Of a stretch of 32,057 bases of DNA, positions 1-8,261 are shown one piece after another (positions within the stretch are counted from its first letter, which is position 1; every line of letters starts with the position of its first letter). Origin of the DNA: a virus (Duplodnaviria; Caudoviricetes); IMG/VR virus record IMGVR_UViG_3300048902_000295, positions 1-32,057 of that record; one strand, 5' to 3'. The notes under the pieces were generated by a model, which had not been told where the DNA came from, searched no databases, and saw only the letters and a program-made list of their open reading frames with translations. The translations under genes were made by a program, and so were the position numbers.

Positions 1-1002
1 ACCCGACGGGTTGAACTGACTTTGCGGCACGACGGCGATCGCGCCCTTCGCTACGGCGTCGAGCGTGACAACTTCCAAGCTCTCCTGCAGTGAGGTGTTG
101 GTCAGCGAAAGAGAAATCCACGGAGCCCAGTCGATCGCGTCTTGGCTCTCGAAGTCATCGTGATAAACGTACCGGCGCTTCCCGGCACGCATCTCGAACG
201 CTCCGGTTAAGAACTTATAAGCGTTCGGGTGAATCGGGCCCTTCGCCTTGGCGACGAGCCGCCGAGCCGGACCGGGCTTCTTCGTCTGCTCGTAGCCAAG
301 CGCGACGCCGAACTCCCAGAGCATCGACCAGGCGAGTGACGGCAGGCCGAAGGCGGTGATGCCCCAGACGTGAACGTCACCCTTTAAATCCGGTAGCAGT
401 TCTAGCGCGGTGTTCTGCCCCTTCGTCGTGGCGATGCGGCTCGTCATGATGAAGTCCTTCGTGCGCCGCCCGGTGAACGGCTTCCGGCTCGCGAAGTCAT
501 ACGGAAGGTACGGGTGGTAAACGAGCTTGAATCGTTTATCGTTCGGAAACCTTTCGCTCACCATCTTCGGCCGGGAGGTGATGATGGTGCCCGAGAAGCT
601 CTTCGTCGCCAGCATCGCCGCGATCGTCTCGTCGTGCTTCGAGTGATATGAGCCGTCGTGCAGCATCGTAGTCCACGGTGTGGAAGTCTGCTTCATCACC
701 TCAACGAAGTAAGGTTCGTGCCAATTCTTCTTCGATCGTCCGCCGCAGATCTGAGGCGCTTGGCAAATCAGGTCGGAAAGAACTATCAGGTCATAAGAGT
801 CGAGGACGTCTACCGCGTCCTTGATGCGATGGATTTGGTACCCGGCGGTCTGCCCCTCCCACGCGGAGAGCGCCTTACCGGAGTTGGAGAAGGTCACGAG
901 GTCGCCCTGGTACCCGAGCGGCTCCGCTCCCGTGACCCAGTGCTTCGCCACTTCGGTGACACCACAGATTCGCGGAAACCACTCGACGAACGCGATCTTC
1001 AT
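1..1002 (-). CDS. GT-B fold glycosyltransferase, possibly DNA-modifying (3' end runs off window)
   Basis: Not in the ORF track; translated by hand. ATG at 1002 overlaps the upstream stop (ATGA) and the frame is open to position 1. MKIAFVEWFPRICGV N-terminus, SRIATTKGQ, and ESLEVVTLDAVAKGAIAVVP resembling the GT-B E-x7-E/D motif. Confidence 0.75.
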   Translation of the reverse strand, partial: MKIAFVEWFPRICGVTEVAKHWVTGAEPLGYQGDLVTFSNSGKALSAWEGQTAGYQIHRIKDAVDVLDSYDLIVLSDLICQAPQICGGRSKKNWHEPYFVEVMKQTSTPWTTMLHDGSYHSKHDETIAAMLATKSFSGTIITSRPKMVSERFPNDKRFKLVYHPYLPYDFASRKPFTGRRTKDFIMTSRIATTKGQNTALELLPDLKGDVHVWGITAFGLPSLAWSMLWEFGVALGYEQTKKPGPARRLVAKAKGPIHPNAYKFLTGAFEMRAGKRRYVYHDDFESQDAIDWAPWISLSLTNTSLQESLEVVTLDAVAKGAIAVVPQSQFNPSG

Positions 1003-2816
1003 CCGACGCGCTCCACCAACCCACGCTCGTGCTCCAGGTGCCCGAGGTGCCAGCGCAAAATCCCCTCGGGGTTCGGACTGCTGGTCTGCCACCCGGCTTT
1101 CTTCACGTTCGCCACCATCTCGACGAACGTCAGCCCGGTCTTTCCGGCGGCGGCGAGCGCCCGGTAAACGTTCGCGTTGTGAGTCTTCTCGGTCGGCATC
1201 AGCAGCTGCTTCGCGTAGTCGGCGTTCGTCGCCGGCTTCGCTACGATGCGGAAGCGAGCGTTGGAGACGTCGGCGCGCTTCACGCGTGGTTTCTTCAAGA
1301 TGGCGGCTTTCTCTTGGTTGTAGGCTCCTGACTGAATGGCCATGTTGATCTTTCGGTTCTTTTCAGTTCTCTCTGTGACAATCGGAGTTGTGATGGCGAC
1401 CGGCCACTCGAGCTCGGTAGTTATTTCTTTCAATAGCTCCTGGGACTTCGCGTAAAGCTCTGAGAGCTTCTGAATGCGCTTCGCGATCTTTTCTTTGTTC
1501 ACTTTATCATCTCCATTTTTAGAAATAAAAATTTGAGCCTGTTCGTTTCCCTTTACGTGGCCAATGTTGACATACGTTTCTTCCGATCGGCGTGGCAATG
1601 GTCGCTGGTTGAAGCTGAAGTCACGCTGGGCCCAGTCGCCGCGACCGATCAGGAAGTTGGCCGTGTCGCCAGGCTGCAGCGCTTGCACCGAAGTCATGTT
1701 GATGGTCACCTCGCGCTGCCGGTCTTCGAGGTTCGCGATCACCTGTTCGAGCAGCCACTGCGCGACCGGCGGACAAACCCCTTGCGATCGCAGCGACAGG
1801 TGCGTCTCCATCGAGAACCAGTAGTCGAGCGGGTAGCCCATCAGCGCGTTGTACGCCGGGGCCGTCAGCGGCTTGCCGTTATACAGCCAGCAGGAAGTGG
1901 ACATCACGGTGGGAGCGTAGCCTTCCGGGTCGAGGACCACGGGGTTGTTCGAGACGAACAGCGAGTAGCACCACTTCTTCAAGAACTCGCGATCGTGGCC
2001 GGGCTTCACCGCCACCAAGCCGGCGCGAGGCAGGATGCGGTTCGTCGCGCCGTACCCGTGCTCACCGGAGAGGACTTCGTCGGCGACGCGCGGGGACATT
2101 CCGGCGGCGATCATCTTCTCCCGCTGGATGCGAATCGTTCGCTCGACGCCGCGAATCTGTTCGCCAGGCTTCACCTTCGCCAGCACTTCGGAGACGCAGC
2201 GCCGATTCGCGTCGTGGTGAAAGACGAACGGCAACGGGCAAACGTTCTTCCGCACCAGCACGGCCCAGAACCGAGGTCGCCACTGCGCGACGCCGAACGT
2301 GACGGAGTTTTGGAGGACTCGAAATACGTGGTAACCATGATGAGTTGCTAATTCATCATAGAATCTTTTCGTCGGCTCGTAGGCGTTTTTCACCGATTCG
2401 ACGAGAATGGCCAACGGTTTCTTTTCGAGCGAATACTCCAGCACCTTTCGAGTCTGCGCGAAGTACGTCCCATCGAGGCCGCGAGTCGTCGCTCGCGACG
2501 GCGCGTTGACGTTCTGAGCGCAGAAGCCGGCGCACGGCGGGTGGGCGATCACCAGCGCATCCTTCAGCTTTACGTCCGGCCACGGGTACGCTTCGACGTA
2601 GTTCAGGTCAGGAAAGTTGTGCCGCTGAATCTCGAGCCCGTGGCCAGAGTCCTCGAACGAGCCAATAACTTCTAAACCTAAGTTATTGGCAGCGACGGTC
2701 AGCGACCCGGCGTAACCGTTGATGACTAAGACAGGTGGCCCACCACTGCCACGCGATCGCGTGGCAGTCTTCGATGTGACACGAAGTTCTTTCAACCGCT
2801 GTTCAATTTTAGACAC
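999..2816 (-). CDS. C5-cytosine DNA methyltransferase-like protein with C-terminal coiled coil and winged-helix extension
   Basis: Motif I variant INGYAGS, catalytic HPPCAGF, motif VI variant VESV, motif VIII QWRPR, motif X-like QGVCPPVA. GGAGG lies 7 nt before the GTG. Confidence 0.8.
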   Translation of the reverse strand: MSKIEQRLKELRVTSKTATRSRGSGGPPVLVINGYAGSLTVAANNLGLEVIGSFEDSGHGLEIQRHNFPDLNYVEAYPWPDVKLKDALVIAHPPCAGFCAQNVNAPSRATTRGLDGTYFAQTRKVLEYSLEKKPLAILVESVKNAYEPTKRFYDELATHHGYHVFRVLQNSVTFGVAQWRPRFWAVLVRKNVCPLPFVFHHDANRRCVSEVLAKVKPGEQIRGVERTIRIQREKMIAAGMSPRVADEVLSGEHGYGATNRILPRAGLVAVKPGHDREFLKKWCYSLFVSNNPVVLDPEGYAPTVMSTSCWLYNGKPLTAPAYNALMGYPLDYWFSMETHLSLRSQGVCPPVAQWLLEQVIANLEDRQREVTINMTSVQALQPGDTANFLIGRGDWAQRDFSFNQRPLPRRSEETYVNIGHVKGNEQAQIFISKNGDDKVNKEKIAKRIQKLSELYAKSQELLKEITTELEWPVAITTPIVTERTEKNRKINMAIQSGAYNQEKAAILKKPRVKRADVSNARFRIVAKPATNADYAKQLLMPTEKTHNANVYRALAAAGKTGLTFVEMVANVKKAGWQTSSPNPEGILRWHLGHLEHERGLVERVG

Positions 2817-2819
2817 GAC

Positions 2820-3011
2820 TAAGCCTCCACCTGGTTTCTCGATCCGTCGTCATCGCTATTCGCCCGATTCGCCGCTTACCAGTTTAAAGTTCTTCAACCG
2901 TAAACTAACCACGTGTTACGCGACGCTCACTGTAAGTTGCAGTGATACTTTTACAGACATATCAGCCTCGGGCCGAACGGGCTTTGAACCGAGAAACCAG
3001 GAGGAGGCTTA
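2820..3011 (-). promoter_or_regulatory. Structured RNA leader sequestering the methyltransferase RBS
   Basis: Inverted repeat 2820-2841/2990-3011 with one mismatch includes the GGAGG (2824-2828) and encloses several nested hairpins. Confidence 0.6.
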
Positions 3012-3674
3012 CGCCGCCTCCACCACCTTTACCAACCCTTCTTTTTCCAACAGGTTCAGGTCGCCGCGCACGTTCGCTTCCGTGGGTGCGCCGCCGGACT
3101 TCGTCGAGTAGCGCTTGGTCGCTTTCACCGCGTCGAGGACATCCGCCAACGTCCAAGCCCGGTCGGACTTTCCCAGCAGGACCTGCGCGACCAGTGGAAC
3201 GTGGCTGGTCACCTTTTCGTCTTCGACCTTCTTCGCCAGCTTCGACTCGGCGACCTTCGACTTCAGGACCGAGTAGGTCACCGACTTCTTGCTGGCGACT
3301 TCCTTCGACTTCTTTACGGCTCGAGTGGCTTTTGCTTTCGTTGCCATGGTGGCTCCTTTTAGTTTTAAGTCTGCTACTTTGTTTCGGTAGTCCTTCAGCC
3401 GCGCTTCGTGATTTAGCGCAACGTTCGGCGGAACCGAACCAAGCTCTACGAACCACGCCAGCTGAAGTTCCCCGGCGACTACGAGAAGTAGTGGCAAGGT
3501 TTCGACGAGGCCGTGAACCGGCAAGCCGAGTTCGACGGCGATCACCTCCAGCTGATCGTGGGTTAAGGTTGAGACCGACGTGAAGAGTTTATTTTGCCCA
3601 CCGGCGGCGAGCGGCGCGTCGAGGTGAAACGAACCGACGTGGAGTAGACCGCCATCGAACGTTATCTTTGGCAA
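3009..3674 (-). CDS. DNA-binding protein with Lys-rich linker and C-terminal winged helix; strong internal start at 3347
   Basis: TTG start at 3674; AAAGGAGCCACC-ATG at 3347 gives MATKAKATRAVKKSK; C-terminal WTLADVLDAVK...EANVRGDLNLLEKEGLV. Confidence 0.65.
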   Translation of the reverse strand: MPKITFDGGLLHVGSFHLDAPLAAGGQNKLFTSVSTLTHDQLEVIAVELGLPVHGLVETLPLLLVVAGELQLAWFVELGSVPPNVALNHEARLKDYRNKVADLKLKGATMATKAKATRAVKKSKEVASKKSVTYSVLKSKVAESKLAKKVEDEKVTSHVPLVAQVLLGKSDRAWTLADVLDAVKATKRYSTKSGGAPTEANVRGDLNLLEKEGLVKVVEAA

Positions 3675-3868
3675 GGTGGTCTCTCTTTCTGGAAGCGACG
3701 CAGCGCCGCTTCCATGTTTTTGAGAGCCCGGTGGTCTGACGGGGTTCGCGGCACGACGAACGTCTGGCCCGACGGCAGCAGCCAGACATCGCTTTTGCTG
3801 TGACGCTTGAGGGTCGCGCCCAGGCTTCGAAGAGTTCGAGCCATGAGGCGGCCAACGGCATTCGACAT
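3662..3868 (-). CDS. HicA-like small basic protein
   Basis: 68 aa, LRSLGATLKR...WLLPSGQTFVVPRTPSDHRALKN pattern; AAGGGG RBS; own promoter upstream. Confidence 0.55.
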   Translation of the reverse strand: MSNAVGRLMARTLRSLGATLKRHSKSDVWLLPSGQTFVVPRTPSDHRALKNMEAALRRFQKERPPCQR

Positions 3869-3896
3869 TAGTTCCCCTTTCTTCGAGTGGTGAATG

Positions 3897-3934
3897 ATTA
3901 TATACCGCTCGAGGCTAAAGTAAATAGTTTATTT
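3897..3934 (-). promoter_or_regulatory. Sigma70-type promoter, copy 2
   Basis: AAATAAACTA-TTTACT-N16-TATAAT; same architecture as 9237-9274. Confidence 0.75.
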
Positions 3935-4120
3935 ATCATCCCAGTTCTGAGGGCCGCAGTCGAGATACCGGGCGTGCTGTTCCTCTCGCGTGGCCTGGCG
4001 TTCGCGGACCGCTCGGCCACGCCAGTAGGCGATTGGCTTCGCGTGAGCTTGGCGCGATCGGCGAGCCCCTTCCTTGACGCAGCGCTCGCAGCGGCAGTCG
4101 GTTCGGTACGCGTGTCTCAT
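3929..4120 (-). CDS. Hypothetical protein with CRCERC motif
   Basis: AAGGAG RBS, ATGA coupling to the upstream gene. Confidence 0.65.
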   Translation of the reverse strand: MRHAYRTDCRCERCVKEGARRSRQAHAKPIAYWRGRAVRERQATREEQHARYLDCGPQNWDDK

Positions 4121-4380
4121 GACTGCTCCTTCAAATAATCATTTAGGCTAAATTTCTTAATGTGGTACCCACTACCAAAGAAAGTTAATTGGTATGGGAT
4201 GCGATTGACTTCACAATGATGCAGCACGTATGGAAGCGTCACCTTTGAAGCACTATGGTTTGATGAACCTGTCGATTCAAACATGGCGATAATGGCTCGA
4301 ACCATCGCCACACTGATTCTTCCGCGTGGACGGAATAGTGGTGGGCACTTCGCTCGCCGCCGCCCATCTGTACGTTTCAT
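4117..4380 (-). CDS. Hypothetical protein
   Basis: GGAGG RBS, ATGA overlaps at both ends. Confidence 0.6.
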   Translation of the reverse strand: MKRTDGRRRAKCPPLFRPRGRISVAMVRAIIAMFESTGSSNHSASKVTLPYVLHHCEVNRIPYQLTFFGSGYHIKKFSLNDYLKEQS

Positions 4381-4814
4381 GACTTCCTCCGATACACCGT
4401 GGCGCGAAAGTCACGGTGGTGAATCCGGTAGCCGGCCAAGTCGTTCAGCTGCCAGCCCGAGAGCGCGAACGGCTTCAGCTCCCAAACCACGATCGTCTCC
4501 GCGCCGGACGCCGCGAGCCGCTTCCGCCAGTTTTCGACGGAGTGGCGCGGCGACGTGCGGACCGAAGCGTGGGCGGCCTTCGCGTGGTTCAGCGTCTTCA
4601 TGAACTCCGGCCTGGTGTGGAACACCGAGTGAACGATCACCGCGCCGTAGAGGTTTGATTCCTTGAGAAAGTCTCGACCGGCGCTTAAATTGATCACGTC
4701 AAGATCCTCGGGCCGATAATCCCGAACCCACCCGTGTTGAACGGCGACGTCTAACCGCATCCAATCGTCCAAGGTCAGTGGGGAATCGGCTCCAACCATC
4801 GCAATCGACTTCAT
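4377..4814 (-). CDS. Hypothetical protein
   Basis: 145-aa ORF with AAAGGA RBS, in operon orientation. Confidence 0.65.
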   Translation of the reverse strand: MKSIAMVGADSPLTLDDWMRLDVAVQHGWVRDYRPEDLDVINLSAGRDFLKESNLYGAVIVHSVFHTRPEFMKTLNHAKAAHASVRTSPRHSVENWRKRLAASGAETIVVWELKPFALSGWQLNDLAGYRIHHRDFRATVYRRKS

Positions 4815-4928
4815 AATTAAGGGTCCTTTCCGCCCCGTACGGGGCCGAACTACGTTAAGGAGTTGACATAAGAGGCACTATTCGGTCGCCGGACGGGGTT
4901 TCCCACGTCCGGCGAAGCCGCTTAAGGG

Positions 4929-6017
4929 TCAAGCCGCTTGGGCGATCGCCGTCCACTGGCCCTTCGCCAGGGTGATGACCTCGCCCCCGGCGCGCTCGAG
5001 CTCGGTCGCCTCCTCGTACGAGTCGACCTTCTGCGCGTAGGCGGTGATGGCGTTGGACAACCCCCACTGAGAAAGGTCATGTCCCTTGATGAGCTCGGTC
5101 AGGATGCCGGACTTATGCTTTTCGCCCAGCTTCAGCACTTCGATCGCGGCGTCGAGCGACTCCACCGGGTCCTTTTCTATCTTGTTGTTGGCGGTGACCG
5201 TCAGCAGCTTCGCCGTTTGGCGGAACGCCGCCTCGTCGAACGCGTGAGAAACTACGTCGCGCATCTTTAGCATCAAGGCGCGATCGTCCGCCGCGCGGGT
5301 TTCGTCGGCGAAGACTTCCTGGGCCGTTTCAATTTCTGCCGTGTGCCGACCGATGTGGTAGCGCTTCAACCCGGAGGCGGGAATGATGGCTCCGTTCAAG
5401 CAGTTGAGGATGTACACCAGCTCCTCGATGTTAAAAGCGCCGCAGCCGACTTCCGAGTTAGAGATGACCACCCCGGCTTGGACCGGCTCGCCCTTCTTTA
5501 CGTCCACGGTGAGCCGAGTGTTCACCGCCTTGATGTACAATCGCTTCTCGGTCACCTCGCACGACTCGACGCGCAGGCCTGAACCTTTCTCCAACAGCGT
5601 GGGCAGGATCGCCATCGCCATCATGTGGTTGCTGATCACCCGGTAGCGGTTCGAGAGCCAGCCCCGGACTCGCCCGTCGAGCGTGCGCACCAGCCGCTGG
5701 TCGTTGATTTCCGCAAGCCAGCTGTTGACGTTGTGCGCGAGGAGGCGCGGGTTGGTCGCCAGCATCCGGTCGTAGTAGTTCGCCGGAATTTTGAGGTACC
5801 CACCCAGCTGAGAGTGAGCGTGATCCTGAAGCGGGAAGTGGCCGAACTGCCCAACCTGCAGCTCGACGGCCGAAGGCGGCACGACCTTGCCGCGCTCGAA
5901 GTTTGGCTCAGTCACCGTCATCGACACCTGCTTTGCCGGCGATCGAAAGTCACGAGCTGATTCGTTCTGTCGTTCGAGTTCCTGCGCGAGTTCGGTTAGT
6001 GATCTGCCTGATTTCAT
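4929..6017 (-). CDS. DUF932/DUF945-like phage/plasmid protein
   Basis: RTLDGRVRGWLSNRYRVISN, GVVISNSEVGCG, CLNG, WGLSNAITAYAQ, ELERAGG motifs; AAAGGAG RBS. Confidence 0.75.
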   Translation of the reverse strand: MKSGRSLTELAQELERQNESARDFRSPAKQVSMTVTEPNFERGKVVPPSAVELQVGQFGHFPLQDHAHSQLGGYLKIPANYYDRMLATNPRLLAHNVNSWLAEINDQRLVRTLDGRVRGWLSNRYRVISNHMMAMAILPTLLEKGSGLRVESCEVTEKRLYIKAVNTRLTVDVKKGEPVQAGVVISNSEVGCGAFNIEELVYILNCLNGAIIPASGLKRYHIGRHTAEIETAQEVFADETRAADDRALMLKMRDVVSHAFDEAAFRQTAKLLTVTANNKIEKDPVESLDAAIEVLKLGEKHKSGILTELIKGHDLSQWGLSNAITAYAQKVDSYEEATELERAGGEVITLAKGQWTAIAQAA

Positions 6018-6043
6018 GGTAGTGCTCCTTTGTTTTTGAGACC

Positions 6044-6164
6044 CTCTGGGCCTCGCGGGACATAAGATGCGTAACGTGGGGAATCGAACCCCACACTCTT
6101 GGCCAAGAGCCGCTGAAGACGCCCACAGCGCCGCTACTAACCTTATGCCCCGCGAAGGCCAGAG
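6044..6164 (-). ncRNA. tRNA-like structured RNA lacking an anticodon loop, on a long stem
   Basis: T-arm UGGGG-UUCGAUU-CCCCA, acceptor-like GUAGCG/CGUUAC, two further arms, and an outer stem 6044-6066/6142-6164. Confidence 0.6.
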
Positions 6165-6184
6165 AAAAGCCTTCGCTTATTTCT

Positions 6185-6811
6185 CTACAGTTTCACCTCC
6201 TTAGTCTGCCGCTCATCTTCGCGAACGCCGCATGCCCACTGGTACACCGTGTTCTTCCGAACGTAGTTGCCGATGCGGTTGACCAGGTGCTGGTCCATGA
6301 GCTCCTGCACCAGCTGCCGAACCAGCTCCACGTGATATGTGGTCGCCTTCGCGATCTGCTTCTCCGTCTTATCACCAGTGCTTAACACAGATAGAATGAA
6401 GCTGAAGTTAGAGGTCAAGCTGGTGATGACTTCGGCGTAGCGCGCGTCCTGCTCCGCGCTTTCGCGGCGTCCCAGTTCCGAGTTCAGCTCGTCGTAGGCG
6501 GCGACGAACAGCGCGCAGTGAACGTCGAAGCGCGGCCCGGCGGACTGCAGCTCACCATACGAGCTGATGCCAGCATACCCAAGTTCTTTCTGCTCGAGCC
6601 GACGAGAAACTTCTACCATCTTTTCGGACATCCACCGAGTCTCTTCGAGCAGCCGTTCGCGGCGATCGCCGACGCGATCGGCGAGCGTCCCCAACCTGAC
6701 GTCGGCTTCGTCGTTCGACTCGAATCGGAGGCGAGCCAGCTTCTCGAGGACCTTCGCCATCGATTCGCCTTCAGCAACTATGGTGCGGATTTCTTTCATC
6801 GTGATCGACAT
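6185..6811 (-). CDS. Hypothetical protein, coiled coil plus C-terminal winged helix
   Basis: AAAGGAG RBS; ILSVLSTGDKTEKQIAKAT...LVQELMDQHLV resembles a wHTH. Confidence 0.7.
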   Translation of the reverse strand: MSITMKEIRTIVAEGESMAKVLEKLARLRFESNDEADVRLGTLADRVGDRRERLLEETRWMSEKMVEVSRRLEQKELGYAGISSYGELQSAGPRFDVHCALFVAAYDELNSELGRRESAEQDARYAEVITSLTSNFSFILSVLSTGDKTEKQIAKATTYHVELVRQLVQELMDQHLVNRIGNYVRKNTVYQWACGVREDERQTKEVKL

Positions 6812-6838
6812 GTCAATTCTCCTTTTTATTTCTAAGCG

Positions 6839-7399
6839 CTATGCGCTTTCGTTCCAGTGTTTATCCAGGCAGTCGGAAGAGCAGAACTCCCCGTCGCAGT
6901 GCTCGCAGCCAAGCGTCTTGCCACAGTCCGGGTCGAACTCCGCGCCGCAGGTCACGCAGATTCGCGGAACGTTGTTCTCGACCCACTCGATGATCGCCTG
7001 CCGCAACCCCTCGGTCAGCTGGTGAGTCCGTATCGGCGAGAGGTCACCGTGCTTCGCCTCGGGGAACACCTTCACCACCGCATCCCAAAGCGCGGTGTCG
7101 GCTTTTTCGATCGCCACGGCCGTTCGCGCGTCGCGGTTCTTCGTCAACACAGTGATGATCCACTCCGTGATGTTAGCCGGAGTCGGCAGCCCGTCGCCGG
7201 GCTCGGCGTTTTCCGGGTCAACGACAATTCTCGAGTCACCGCTGAACTCGCCCGTCGAGCTGTTCCAGCTCCACGTCGGGTTGTTGTCTCCGAACGCTAG
7301 CCCGTCTACCGAGATGTAACCGGGATACTCGACCGTGGCCGCGTATCCCTTTTCTTTGAGCGAGTCCACCGCGTTTTGCATGACGATTAAGTTATTCAT
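6839..7399 (-). CDS. Hypothetical protein with C-terminal Zn-finger
   Basis: CVTC...CEHC...FCSSDC...H; the ATG at 7399 fits the AAGGAG spacing better than the TTG at 7405. Confidence 0.7.
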   Translation of the reverse strand: MNNLIVMQNAVDSLKEKGYAATVEYPGYISVDGLAFGDNNPTWSWNSSTGEFSGDSRIVVDPENAEPGDGLPTPANITEWIITVLTKNRDARTAVAIEKADTALWDAVVKVFPEAKHGDLSPIRTHQLTEGLRQAIIEWVENNVPRICVTCGAEFDPDCGKTLGCEHCDGEFCSSDCLDKHWNESA

Positions 7400-7401
7400 T
7401 T

Positions 7402-7530
7402 TCAATTCTCCTTTGAAAGATTGACGACCACGAACCGAACGGCAGCGATGACGGCGAACAGAATGATCAGCCCACTGACTTCGAGGACCGCGCCCCAGAT
7501 TGTTTTGATGGCGAAGATTATGTTTTCCAT
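7402..7530 (-). CDS. Small membrane protein (42 aa)
   Basis: Hand-translated MENIIFAIKTIWGAVLEVSGLIILFAVIAAVRFVVVNLSKEN; GGAGG upstream; fills the gap between neighbours. Confidence 0.6.
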   Translation of the reverse strand: MENIIFAIKTIWGAVLEVSGLIILFAVIAAVRFVVVNLSKEN

Positions 7531-7531
7531 T

Positions 7532-7930
7532 TCACTTTCCTCCCATCGCCGCAACCACGGCGGCTGCCGCGAAGTTGAACGTGCGATCTCTTCCCGACTG
7601 GCAGACGACCGGATACTTCCGACGCTTACCGTCCAACCCGACGATCGTGTACGCCGTGCCGTGATCGATGAAAGACCGATCGAGCCACTCGGGCTTCAGG
7701 TCATACATCCGGCCCCAGTCCAAGTACTCTTTTCGCTCGCGGGTCATCACGGTGCCGTCGGCTGATCGCGCTGCGATGTCGATCACCAGCGAGCCGGTCG
7801 GCCCGTTCGAGAACTTCCCGCGCCCTCGTCTGAGCACCACCCCGTGCTTCAACCCCACCTGCTCGATCGCCATGTGAATGTCGTTGGCGATCGCTTCGAG
7901 CTTCCGGCGGTCGATCACTATCGTTTTCAT
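7532..7930 (-). CDS. Hypothetical phage protein
   Basis: AAGGAG RBS; 132-aa ORF. Confidence 0.7.
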   Translation of the reverse strand: MKTIVIDRRKLEAIANDIHMAIEQVGLKHGVVLRRGRGKFSNGPTGSLVIDIAARSADGTVMTRERKEYLDWGRMYDLKPEWLDRSFIDHGTAYTIVGLDGKRRKYPVVCQSGRDRTFNFAAAAVVAAMGGK

Positions 7931-8049
7931 TTTATTTTCTCCTTTTTGAATTGTTGTTTGTATTCCAGCTTCGCTTCGCGGTTCAACCGCTCGACCGGCC
8001 AGTTGTAATACTTTTTCATTTCACGTTTGATTTGCTTCAAAGTTTTCAT
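7927..8049 (-). CDS. Small basic hypothetical protein (40 aa)
   Basis: Hand-translated MKTLKQIKREMKKYYNWPVERLNREAKLEYKQQFKKEKIK; ATGA overlaps at both ends. Confidence 0.55.
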   Translation of the reverse strand: MKTLKQIKREMKKYYNWPVERLNREAKLEYKQQFKKEKIK

Positions 8050-8261
8050 GGCCGCACCCAGTTAGAAAAGTCTTCCGGTCTGAGCTCCTGCACGATCGTC
8101 GTCGGTCCGTCGACACACTTAATGTGCGCGTTCGTGAACCGGCAACCTTTGCCGTGGGCGATCTGCTCCGTGGCATTCTGAAAAGCGAACGTCGCCGCCG
8201 CTTCGCTTTCGGACTCGAACACCATGGTTGCGACGTACTTCTTTTTCTTTTTTATGATCAT
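8046..8261 (-). CDS. Hypothetical protein
   Basis: ATGA-coupled chain of small ORFs. Confidence 0.6.
   Translation of the reverse strand: MIIKKKKKYVATMVFESESEAAATFAFQNATEQIAHGKGCRFTNAHIKCVDGPTTIVQELRPEDFSNWVRP

Noticed and set aside
1340-1580. AT-rich stretch in the methyltransferase as an intein or intron
   Set aside because: No intein terminal motifs or intron core seen; better explained as a linker with an internal RBS.
3378-3400. Second hammerhead (CUGAAGGA-CUACC-GAAAC)
   Set aside because: Does not match CUGANGA, has no stem II and lies within a plausible coding frame.
6066-6140. Functional tRNA gene
   Set aside because: No 7-nt anticodon loop, no CCA, imperfect acceptor stem; kept only as a tRNA-like element.
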